Of a stretch of DNA of 39,429 nt, positions 1 through 10,682 are shown piece by piece. Under the pieces are notes generated by a model. The model had not been told where the DNA came from and made no database searches. It saw only the letters and a program-made list of their open reading frames with translations. A program made the position numbers and the translations under genes. The DNA lies in the NCBI GenBank assembly GCA_001179505.1, contig CDMY01000629.1:1-39429 (forward strand), read 5' to 3'. The DNA is from Vitrella brassicaformis CCMP3155. Lineage: Eukaryota > Protista > Chromerida. The stretch's first letter is position 1; each line of letters begins with the position of its first letter.

Positions 1-96
1 GCATTGATATATCCAGGTCAATCACGCATCGGTCCGTCATGATAACGCAGAGACACGGCAGAAAAATTTGGTGGTGGGGGGGCGTCACCACACCAC
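1..96. repeat. Dispersed repeat module C, inverted copy of 20081-20175
   Basis: gcattgatatatccaggtcaatcac...gataacgcagagacac...aaaatttggtggtgggg...gtcaccacaccac matches the reverse complement of 20081-20175 with few mismatches; the window starts inside the repeat. Confidence 0.9.
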
Positions 97-360
97 ACTC
101 CCACCCACCTGCGCCGAACCTCCGCAAGCTCGCTCTCCCTGCGTCACGTCCCTTCTCCTCCTTCCTTCTTCATTCTCTACTGCGACGCTCGGCGATCGTA
201 GGGCGAGCCTGCAGGGCGGGGCAAGCCTCGTCCAGGGTTCGTGCTAGGGTCTGTTACGGTTTTTTATATTAGACTAGCGAGAAGCCCACGCGCACAGCGC
301 CTGAACGAGAGCAAACAAAAAGGAGATAGGCAGCGATTTCCCACTTGTCCAGTTTGTCTC
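95..360. repeat. Repeat family A (G module plus core) immediately upstream of the GH3 start codon
   Basis: Reverse complement of about 24525-24760; the core gactagcgagaagcccacgcgcacagcgc..gaacgagagcaaacaaaaaggagatagg...cccacttgtccagtttgtct also occurs at about 27685-27768 (-) and 28753-28839 (+). Confidence 0.9.
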
Positions 361-398
361 TATATATAATCCTGCTATCTACTTGGCGGGGCGTGAAG

Positions 399-3300
399 AT
401 GCGCTCCAAAACGACGAAATCCTCAGCTCTGCTGGGGATGGCAGCGCTGACAACCTTTGTTGTGTTGGCTTCCCACAGTTGCGTGAGTGAGAATCTGAAT
501 ATCAGCGCACGTGGGACCGCGACAGTGCAGCAGCCAATCAGAGCCAACGTCGTATCGGTGAACGCAGATAGGCTTGATGTCAAGCACATTGTGGACCGGT
601 GAAACTCTGCTGTGTTGTCTAGCTACTCGTGGACGAGGAAGGGCTGGAAGAGAAGCGATGCTCGGTGAACCAGAGGCAGTGCAAGAGGTGTGGCAAGGGA
701 CTCACCGGTGACAAAAGGTGTGAGCTGTGCGAAGTGGGCTTTTTTCTGTCCAGAAACGCGTGCATACGTGAGCAAAGTGGCAACAGAATCGAGACGATCT
801 GTCAGTTGTTTTCTCTACTCAGCAATGAATAAGTGTAACGTGTTGGGTGATACTGTGTTGGGTGACACACAAAGAAATGACGTCGCACGAACAAGGTACG
901 CAAGGAAATTACCTCGTAGATTCAACTTCAAGTTCTCTTCCCTCCGCAGTCTGTTATCCTCCCTTGTTGAATGCCATTACAAGTGTGCCAGGTCACCCGG
1001 TTGTGAAGCAGTATCCTTCTATGATAATGGTCATTGCGTTCTCCACGACCACACTGCTCTTAAGACGATGGGCTACAAGCAGGGCGTCCAGAGCGCCAGG
1101 CTTGATTGTAAGCCTATTGAAGATCCAAGGGGGGACGGCTGTAGAGCATCTTATTGTGAAAAATGCGGCGAGGGAGACAGGGAGTGTTTGCAGTGCCGTG
1201 GTAACTTTACCAGGACCGACAAGGGGAAGTGCAGATACGAAAACAAAGAAGGTGATAGCACTACTTCACGAAGATTACTGAAACACTTTCTTGCTCGTGC
1301 AGAGGCCGACTGGCCAGATATCAGGCCTCCGACGTTCGGTTCTGAGTCTGAAATTATAAAAAATGAAGTGGCGAGGATCGTCAGTCTGATGACCATCGAA
1401 GAGAAGATAGGGCAAATGACAATGGCCCGCCAGAAGTGGATAAAACCCAGCGAGATGAAGTCGAATGCTGTGGGATCGTACCTGCTGGGCGGGGACGACG
1501 ATATCGGCGACAACTCAGCACAGGCGTGGGCCAGACTCTCAGATCGTTACTGGAATGCAACCACGGAGGTCGGCGACGCAATCATCCATCCCCTCTTCGG
1601 GATCGATGCCATCCACGGGCACAGCCATCTTTCCACAAGCACATTGTTCCCGCACAACATCGGTTTAGGGTGCACTAATGATCCGAAACTCATTCGGAAG
1701 ATCGGCAAGATAACCGCGAAGGAACTGGTGGCCACGGGTGTTGACTGGACTTTTGCGCCAACACACGCAGTTGCGCAGAACTGGCGGTGGGGGCGAACGT
1801 ACGAGTCCTTCAGCCAGGTAAGGCAGCCCGATCAGGAGTGCGTGCAAATGGATGGTTGCGCTGCTGTGCGTCTGCAGATACCAGCGAATGTCGAGAGACT
1901 TGCCAAGGAATTTGTCATCGGTACAGCAATCGAGTCCCACAGGTCATCTCCTTCATACCTGGCCGATTTCATACTTCAGGCCTCCAAGGCGCCGTTAATG
2001 AAACATTTCTCGGCGTGGAAAATGTCCTTGGGTGTGCCAAGCACTTTGGGGGGGATGGCGGCACCGAGGGAGGGATCGATCAGGGCAATTTTCGTGGGAC
2101 GCTGCAAGAGTTAAAAGACACCCATCTGTCGCCCTACTTCGGCTCAATCGAAGCCGGAGTGCAGACCATCATGGCATCGTTCAATTCGTGGAACGGCGTG
2201 AAGACGCACGGGAATGAGTTTCTGCTGAGGGACGTGTTAAAGAGGAGGCTGGGCTTCACCGGGCTGGTAGTCGGCGACTGGAATGGGCATGCACAGGTAG
2301 ACGGATGCTCACCTGTCCAGTGCGACCAAGCAGTTGAAGCAGGTCAACAAAGCGAGATAAGCAGCAGGCAGGCAATGCACCTTCCCGTGTGCTTATACAG
2401 GTGTTGACATCATGATGCTAAGCAAGCGCGATTGGAAGGGTTATCTCCAGAACACGACAAGCTCAGCCAAAAAGGGCAGCATCACAGCAGAGAAGATCGA
2501 CGATTCTGTGACACGAATCCTCACAGTCAAGGCTCTCTATGGGGCCATGACGACTCCCGCCCTCCGAGCAGCAGGCATAAAGGAGCGAGCCTCCCCGTCG
2601 CAGCGGCCTGGCGCAGGGCAGTCGTCGGTCTTGGAGGCTGCCGAGCATCGCGAGACGGCACGAGAGGCCGTACGGAAGTCTCTGGTCATGCTCAAGAATG
2701 GTGCCAAAGGAGCGACAGGCAAACCTGTACCTCTGTCCACGACGGGCAAGTATCTCGTCACTGGAAGGTGTGCAGATGACATCGGCCTGCAGAACGGAGG
2801 ATGGACGAGAGACTGGTAAGCATGTGATTCTTATACCACCCACTGCGGGCTGTTGGGCTGGCTGATCGGCCATCTACGTGTGTCTTTCACACAGGCAAGG
2901 CAGTCCCAACTATCCCAACCGCTTTTTCGGGAAGGGCGAGTCGATCTACAAGGGCATCCGGGGGGGAATGGATGGCGGCGGGTCCGCAACCCTCTACCAG
3001 ATGGTCGACGGTGAATTCCCCGACCTCAGCAGCTATGATGCCCTCATCTTCTGCACCGGAGAAGATCCATACGCAGGTAACAGCAAAAACCTTCGCATGA
3101 ATCGTGTTCTCGTGATAATTGTTGAATGCCACCTAGAGTACTTCGGTGACCGGCACTGGCCAGCATCGATGGATTTTGGACAATTCCGTGTCGGCGCTGC
3201 CGATGCGGGATTCCTGGAAGAGGTCCGGACCAAGTACCCGTCTCTGACCATCGTGACCCTCTTGTCCTCGGGCCGCCCACTCTACGTCAACAAGGAGATC

Positions 3301-3656
3301 AACCTGAGCGATGCTTTCATCGCGGTGTGGCTACCTGGGACACAAGGTGGCGGGGTGGCAGACGTGCTCTTCGGGAAAAACGACCTTGTGGGCAAGCTGT
3401 CGTTTCAGTGGGCATTGGATCCATGTGTAACCATGGAGTACAACGGGGCTCATGGTAACGATCCGCCGTTCACTAATCTGATGCTGCCGATTGGGTATGG
3501 GCTGACGTACGATGACGAGTCACTGATGCCAACTCTGAACGTCGATCATTTACCACAAGTAAGTTGACATGTGGACACATACGCGAAAACTGTTTCTATG
3601 TTCAACTTTTATGCTCGCTGGCTTTGTATGATCAGTGTGATCAGGAAAGGAGGTAG
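399..3656 (+). CDS. Secreted glycoside hydrolase family 3 beta-glucosidase / beta-glucan exohydrolase with N-terminal Cys-rich and PAN/apple-like domains (about 871 aa)
   Basis: Exons 399-482, 623-767, 823-895, 950-1817, 1878-1920, 1980-2342, 2401-2815, 2895-3076, 3137-3558, 3636-3656: all GT-AG, phases consistent, total 2616 nt. GH3 motifs MTIEEKIGQM, GIDAIHGH, FPHNIGLG, WRWGRTYES, AKHFGGDGG, SFNSWNG, VVGDW (nucleophile Asp), GEDPYAEYFGD, WLPGTQGGGVADVLFG; hydrophobic N-terminal signal. First and last exons are less certain. Confidence 0.92.
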
Positions 3657-5522
3657 GACACACCGAATTTAGAGGGTGGGGGAGCAGGGGTGAATGTGCC
3701 TTGGGAAAAGTCGATCCACCGGAGGAGTTGATGAGGGGCTCGCCGAAGGCCTCGCGCATCTTCTCATCGACAAAGGAAGCCGTGGATGGCACGGCAGGGC
3801 CAGCAGAGGGGGAGACGGCACCGATTCATCATCATCGCAAACGGCCGGGTCCGCGGGATACTCAAAATTCGTGCACGTGCCGCGCTTGCAGTTGACACAG
3901 TCAGTGCAGAGGCGCATCCTCGGCTGCATGTGGACAGCGCAGACTTCCCTTTCGCGTTGCATGCGCAACAGGGGAGCCCGCCGCCGTCTCGCGGGATGAG
4001 GGTCGCTGGAGGGGGCTGGGTGTAGTCCGACACACGCTCCCTCATCCGAAAAGGAGGAGAAACAGCCGAAAAATCACCGACTCAATCATTGGGCTATAGA
4101 TGGTAGAGAATGAATGAATGGTGTAGCAGTGAATGACTAGTCTTCGCTCTGTCTTTGCTGCACAGTCGATGCGGAGAAAGCAGGCAGGCAGGTAGTGTGT
4201 GTCTCTGTACAGACTTGTGTGAGGTATATCTCGCGAACCAGAGCAAGTGAGAAGACGGCTGTTTGAGTGGTTAAGGGGCTTTCCGTGTCGTTTCAGTTGG
4301 GGCTAGCCCGGTGCGTGTCTATCCAGTCGCTGCACAGAAAACAGTAAGGCAGACAATTGTTGTCGTCAGACAGAATTGAGTGAAGCACATCTCGCCAACC
4401 AGAGTATGAAGTGAGAGTCTTTTGAGTGAGGCTTCAGATGCGGCAGTCCGATCCGTGGTGGTGTCTTGGTTGCAGAGAAGGAGGCGAGTGGATGATGGGC
4501 TGTTGGAGGGGTGACAGTTCAGAATGAAGGAGAGTGAGGGAGGAGCTGCTGCTTGGTGTGAGTGAGGTTCTCACCTGGCCGGTTCACGTGACCTTTCCAT
4601 CAGGTGGGTGGGGTGTCTGTGAAATTTCATTTGAGGCGGCAACTCCGAAATGGGGAGTGGACCGGGAAAAAGTTTCGAGGCTCGATTGAATGGCAATGTC
4701 CAGCGAGGTTATTTGTTTATAGGTCGGCGAGGATCTCAGCTACCCCCCACCAGCGACACCGGCGGAGCTAGTCGCGCAGGGCCTCGTGACTCTGCCAATC
4801 ACATCAACCTACTGTCCTTCGGGACTCCTGTCTTCATCGATAACCCTAGTGGAAGAGGCGAGACACGATACATTGAATCGTCGCGCTTTTGCTGCACTCT
4901 TTAAACACCGTTACTGCCGCACGAAGCGGCTCGAGCCGGTTCCCAGGCGCCTCAAAGAGGGCCACCCCGCAACCACCTCTCCAAACACGGCCAAACACAG
5001 CCGCAGGAGCATACGAGAACATCTATGGCGAGCAGGCTGACGTGGCCACCCTCGCGACCGATTGAATTCCTCATCTTGATCATCAAACGCCATCGCCCGG
5101 AAGTATTGGCACTTGCTGACTCCCTCCGGGATATCCACCCAGTGCTCATACTGCTCCTTGTCCACCTCAGCAAACACTTCGGTCACCGAATCGTCACTTT
5201 GACCTGTGACAACCCGCCATTTCTGTGCGCGAGTGTCCCCGTTCCACGGAAAGTGCAACGTCAGAATTGTCACTTTGTTGTCAGCATCCAGGGGGCCGTG
5301 GGCGGCCATGCCGGCATCCCAGTCCAGGGGCCGTTGACTGCGCGATCAGTACCACGATATGAGCTCTAGCCTCCACTCTTCAGGTCCCAATCCATCCTTA
5401 TCAGCTCTTTCCCATCGCTCGTTGTTTCGATGTAGAAGGGATTGGAGAAGAGGTTGAAGAACTCGTCTCGGGTTAACCCCAGACAATACACACCGTTACC
5501 GTTGGGCACTCGTCTGTAGCTG

Positions 5523-6590
5523 TGTGGTTAAGTAGATGCATGAAACGGGCGACGAAGTTCGTCTAAGCATCAGTTCGTATCAAGCAAATGAGGCGAAACA
5601 ATACATGCAGAAACAACGGACAGCGCTCGTTGACTGCGAAAAACATGTCGCACACTGCAAACAAGCGCGAGACATGCAACATGACACGCACATTCAGAAC
5701 CCAAGTCCAGCCAGCCACCTTACAGCCCCGCAGCGGGACTGGTGTGGGGGCCTGTATGGCCCGCGGCTGACGAAGTCCTCCGGAAACGCGCTGGCCCTCC
5801 GTGGCCCTCTAGCGGCCGCCGCGCGCTGCGCACGACTCGCCACTTGAAACGCGTTGTGCTTCATCAGCTCGACGAACAGGAGCTGGCTCCAGTGGTTGAC
5901 GATGCTCTCTCGGAAAACTGTGTCCTCCATGGGAATGGATGTGGGGCGAGGCTTTCGCTTGGCGAGCATCTTGAGAAAATCCATGGTCTTGTCTCCCCAT
6001 CTGCCGAATGTCTCCACAGCGAGGGGCACGAAGCGGAGGCCGGCCGCTTGGGTGATTGGTCCATACTTGTCGATCTTGTCTTTCTCCGCAAGCTGAGCCG
6101 CCTTGCCACCTGGGAGCTGTGCACCACGCCGGTTGACTGTTCGGTGGAAGGGAATGGGGGAGTTGTCAGGGCGGCAGGGGTGGGCGACGGTGACGTCGAG
6201 CAGGTAATCACTGCCATCGATCACACAATAGATGTCCATGCGCTGGTTGTTGGAGTTGTCATCAGGCGGGGTGATGCCGAGGCTGTGCAGAGACACCTCC
6301 ACATTGGAGGGAACATCTGCTTCGGCCAGGATGCGAACAAACAAGTTGCGCATGTTGTTGTGTCTCGTGACTCGCTCACGGCCCGTGTGACACACGTAGA
6401 AGTGATCGCCAAACTTGTCCACCTCCCCGCCGCAGATGCATCGCTGCGAGACGGTTGCGTGCGGGAGGGCAATGCCGAGACACCCGGCGACGGCATGGCA
6501 ATACTGGAAGTTGTTCAGTGTCTTGCTATCGCTGGAAGGGATTGCTGACAGCCAACCAGAGGAAAGAGGCCCTTGGCAGCTCAGAAGACG
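5523..6590 (-). mobile_element. 5'-truncated non-LTR retrotransposon (CRE/R2-like, CCHC + restriction-like endonuclease C-terminus) with 4-bp TSD
   Basis: CICGGEVDKFGDHFYVC zinc knuckle, RHNNMRN, RMDI..LLDVTV, EKDKIDKY, FVPLAVETFGRWG; flanked by gctg at 5519-5522 and 6591-6594; the paralog reads AKGS-YRR uninterrupted at this site. Confidence 0.88.
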
Positions 6591-7303
6591 GCTGCCTTTG
6601 GCCCTCGCATAGATGCCTGTGTCGTATGAATGCACCAGACGTGCCTCCATTGGATGACCATGGCTATGGAAATCCAAGTCATACTCAACACCTCGTGAGC
6701 TATGCTTCCCTGTGGCGTTTATCGTCTCGAACCCGTTGTCAAACATGCTGATCCGGTATTTGCCGTCTGGTTTGCCCAGGTCTCTCACCTACATATTATG
6801 AAGCTACACGTGACCGCTACAGGAGTGTGGTCTCATGTCGCTCACGTCATGTTGCCCTGCGAAACGCCCTCTCGTATCGTCCATGATCCTAAACGTCGAA
6901 GAATTACACGACAAGGCCTGCACATTTTGTGACCCAAAGTCCAGCTCACTTGAAGTTTCCGCCCTTTCCACCGAGGCGCCACAGAACCTCGCCCGTATCT
7001 CTGCATATCGGCACGTACACGAGTCAGTGCTATGGATGGTTCTGAGCTAAAGCTGTCCGCACACCTTTCAATTTTGACAATTTGCGACATTTTTTCATTC
7101 TGAGCAATGCAGAAAAAGCAAGATGCGATGCATCGAAACCTGTTCGAGAGAATGTGTCAATGCGGGGCTCACGATAGCAGGATGTGGCCGTCGTGAGCTT
7201 CCTCTAGTGCTGAGGTCGGGAAATTCGCGGGGGAATACACGCACCCTGACGTTTGTAGCCTGTCTGTCTGTCTGTTTGTGTGTGGTTGGCTCTGCCTGTG
7301 CAG

Positions 7304-8675
7304 GTGGCCGTGTCGGACAGAAGAGCCGCCACCATGTGAACGACACCCTTCCCCTCCCACCCGATCCCCTCTCTCTCGATGCCGCCCAGACACAGGACAG
7401 CCGCTTGGAGGACACCGACGCCTGCCCGTCGGACCTGGAGCAGCGTGAGCAGGAGCTGCGGGTGTTCCGACGCGTGGTCTGGGGCAACGGGACGCTCTTG
7501 GTGGTGCGGATGTGGACCGACCCGTCCGCCCTGCCCCACTGGGTACCTCTCCCCTCCTTTGGCCGGCACGGAGTGACTGCGACGAACAGTGAGATACATG
7601 CCCAGCACACACTAAAGCCCTTCGTATTGGTGACGGCTGCTGTGCTGTATCAGGTTCTCATGGGGTTGTGACTCACCACATGGACGGCGAGGGGAATGGG
7701 GGGGAACCGCCACCTGCCGGGAGTCCTGTTGGGGGTGGAGCAGCAGCTGCAGCTGGTGCTCCTCAGGCCGCCGCAGATGGCGTCGAAGGTGTCGGCGGGG
7801 ATGGCCAGGTCCAGAACGCCGATCAGCCTTCTGACACAGAGGTGGGCTGCACTGGGGCAGGGGATGCATTCATGTCGATACAGTGGATGGCATGCCTTAA
7901 TTTCCAGGAGGAGATCTGTTCCGTGTGCGGGGCCGGCACGACGGACGAGCTGGGCCCCCCGCTGAGGTGTGTCGGCATTGCGGGGGCTGACGGGGATCGC
8001 TGCCCCACGTGCGACGGGGAGGCGTACAGACACATCGGGTGCTGGGGTAGTGTGGCCCTGCCGAGATGCGCAGGCTGTCGGGCGCTCAGTTCATCGGGAG
8101 CGGTACGAATACTGCTTTCGGAAGAGGTTTTTGATTCCCGCCCACGTGCTTTATGTCGCAGAACACTGATCTGCGGCAACAGGTCGACCAGCTACGCAAG
8201 GAACTGGAGAGGCTGCAGTTAGAAAACGCAGCCCTGCGAGCCACAACCAGTGCACGAGAGCACCACAGGTCCGTCACGCACCCGGGATTGTAGAGCCCGC
8301 TCACTCTCGTGTCTGTCTGTGTCTTGCCGTAGAATCGTGAGCGTGACGGCCTCACACAGGATGCCGAAGGTTGACAAGGGTTTCGTCAGCTACATGGACT
8401 ATCGAGAGGTGGCCATGTGCAGGTTGCCGGGCAAAGTCAAGGTTGTGTTCGAAGTGAGTAATCTATCCGCACATCGGCGTCCTACAGCGAAGATCCGCCA
8501 TTCACTCTTCTCTGATGTGTTGTAGGCCCACACGCTCTTGATGGACTGGAATAGCAGGCGCCCGAGTGGAGTGACGTTCTCCCGATACCTCATCGACCGA
8601 CTGGACCCCCTCCTGAGTCAACTCGAGGCGACCGTGGTAGAGCAGGATGGAGGGGGGGGGGGGGGGGTGGGGGTT
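7304..8675 (+). CDS. Captured gene fragment: PHD-like C4HC3 zinc finger + coiled coil, unspliced, lacking a first exon
   Basis: Exons 7304-7588, 7654-8102 (possible internal 66-nt intron), 8162-8268, 8333-8453, 8526-gap; all GT-AG with consistent phases. CSVC...CPTC...HIGC...CAGC followed by DLRQQVDQLRKELERLQLENAALR. Confidence 0.7.
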
Positions 8676-8975
8676 NNNNNNNNNNNNNNNNNNNNNNNNN
8701 NNNNNNNNNNNNNNNNNNNNNNNNNNNNNNNNNNNNNNNNNNNNNNNNNNNNNNNNNNNNNNNNNNNNNNNNNNNNNNNNNNNNNNNNNNNNNNNNNNNN
8801 NNNNNNNNNNNNNNNNNNNNNNNNNNNNNNNNNNNNNNNNNNNNNNNNNNNNNNNNNNNNNNNNNNNNNNNNNNNNNNNNNNNNNNNNNNNNNNNNNNNN
8901 NNNNNNNNNNNNNNNNNNNNNNNNNNNNNNNNNNNNNNNNNNNNNNNNNNNNNNNNNNNNNNNNNNNNNNNNNNN
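8676..8975. other. Assembly gap (300 N); further identical gaps at 22529-22828, 26235-26534 and 29509-29808
   Basis: Four N runs of exactly 300 nt, i.e. placeholder size. Confidence 0.99.
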
Positions 8976-10682
8976 GGGGGGGGTTGGGGTTTGTCGTCCC
9001 TGTCTGTTGTGTCGCATGTTGCGGTGGATGCATGGGTGGATGCAGATGTGTGTGTTCGACGGGGCTCCGAATCCGTGGAAGGCCAAGTTCGTCCCCTCTA
9101 GTGCTGAGTGGAATACGTCCCACAATTCGCCATCGTCATCATGAATCATTCCCGAAGTCTCCCAAAAGCTCAAAGGCAGATGGTCACCTGAAGACAGGTT
9201 GCGACTCGGCATTTATACACATCCTACCAATCCAACAGAGTAGAATACCTGTCTGCAGTGCCCATAACCAGTTTTATCCCCTGGGGTGCCCATAACAGTT
9301 GAAAGTCCTTACTGATTCGGTGGAATAGGAGTCGACTGCAAGAACACAAATTTGGAAGCACTTTCGCCTTCACTTACATCGCCAACAATTCGTTGCCTCC
9401 TCTCGCGAAACTCGTGCCCGTTGACGCAGCATTAGTTCGTGGGAGGTGCCATCCATCCGAATGTGTTGGGGCATCACATACCTCCTCCGTGTTTGGGAGT
9501 GAACCTGACTCGTTCGACATAATCAGGTCCGAGAACCATACTCTCATTCGCCCACGTCCTGATCTGCTCATGGTGTGAAGGAGCAAAGTAATGCCCCTTT
9601 CCAACCCAGACGGGATCGCCGAGCGGCGTCAGGATTAGTCCAATGTTCGGCCACATAAGGCCGGGTTCAGGTCCTCCTGCAAAGATGTAGCCAGCTGACA
9701 ATTCTTCAAGGTTGCCTCCAACAGTCACTTTAGCGCGGGGGTAGGCAGATGGGAGGGTCCTGACCAGAACAGGTGCAAAGCCAGGCTGACAGAGCTCAGA
9801 GGACATATCACCTGCATGAACAGTTGGGGATGTAGTACTCGCTCTTTATAGCTGTAGACTCCTTTTCGTCACAGTCGATGTCGTTGTGGTCGCCACCGTC
9901 CACTTTTCTCTTTCCCTCATGAATAGCAGAGATGCCTGACAGCCAATCGACATCTTGAGCCTTTCTGAAGAGTTCCAGTGTCTCGGGTGAAGAAGGCTCG
10001 TCAATGGCATTCTTTTGCGTCTTCGCCCCTTTGTATGTATCCATCTTGTTCCACGACATGGTAAAGCACCACGAGGAGGAAGGCAAGGAGTATTCCCCTT
10101 GACTTTGAATTCCTTTCTCTACTGTCACTCGAACAGACTCACCAGGTGTGAAAGGGGCGTCTGGCGTGAAATACACAGTTCGGCCGTCGCTCAGAAGCTT
10201 CGTGTTTCCCGTGTGGTTGCCGGAGGCGTCGCCTTGCACACTTATCTTGTCCTTGATGCTGCCTTTATCCACCTTGTCCTTCGGCCTGAAGGCAATTCAT
10301 GTGTACGGAGAGACGAGGACGGCGTTCGAGAGGGGATGAGCATAGACAAAGGGCGTCTCCCTCCTCAGAGCCTCCAGGTCGACAGAGGGCTCGAGGGTGT
10401 TCTTCGGGTCGTCTGCGTCTCTGAGGTTCGGCGGTCCCGCCCTGGGGTCGATGCCAGCGGCTTTGAGAGACCGAAGCAGCTGTTGCGCGTTCCGATCTGC
10501 CACCTCTTCGTCACTGATAGCGTGGCAATGTCGCACGACGTGTGTCGCACGCCCCTCTCAAATACAATAAAGACACACAGGCCATTGGGGTTCAATTCGG
10601 AACTGTTCGGAGAGGGAGAAGCAATTTGTTATAGGGGTCAGAGCGCCCACGACTGACCCCACGACCGATGCGGTAAATATCC

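Larger units (their letters stand above)
7215..9094. mobile_element. Insertion with perfect 14-bp target-site duplication carrying a multi-exon gene fragment
   Basis: cctctagtgctgag at 7201-7214 and 9095-9108; removing the insert restores ASST HSALEEAHDGHILLS. No clear TIR or poly(A). Contains a 300-N gap, so the true size is unknown. Confidence 0.85.
5023..10595 (-). pseudogene. Aryl-sulfate sulfotransferase (Big_5 + ASST) pseudogene, paralog of 11349-13977
   Basis: Collinear with the + copy over its whole length, but has a frameshift in the signal peptide, an in-frame TGA at 10297-10299, a lost acceptor and frameshift near 9400-9430, an in-frame TAG at 5366-5368, frameshifts near 5291-5295 and about 5053, and two insertions (5523-6590, 7215-9094). 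Confidence 0.9.

Noticed and set aside
3669-4045. Cys-rich overlapping ORFs resembling a zinc finger
   Set aside because: Cysteine patterns are split across frames and no splice model or recognisable domain could be built
5519-6594. Retro insertion might be spliced out as an intron (3' end forms ...cacacag|C)
   Set aside because: There is no donor at the 5' junction; the nearest GT is 2 nt inside and would shift the frame
7900-8270. PHD + coiled coil as a CR1/L2-type LINE ORF1
   Set aside because: Sense-strand spliceosomal introns are retained and no RT or endonuclease is seen, which is inconsistent with an ordinary LINE ORF1
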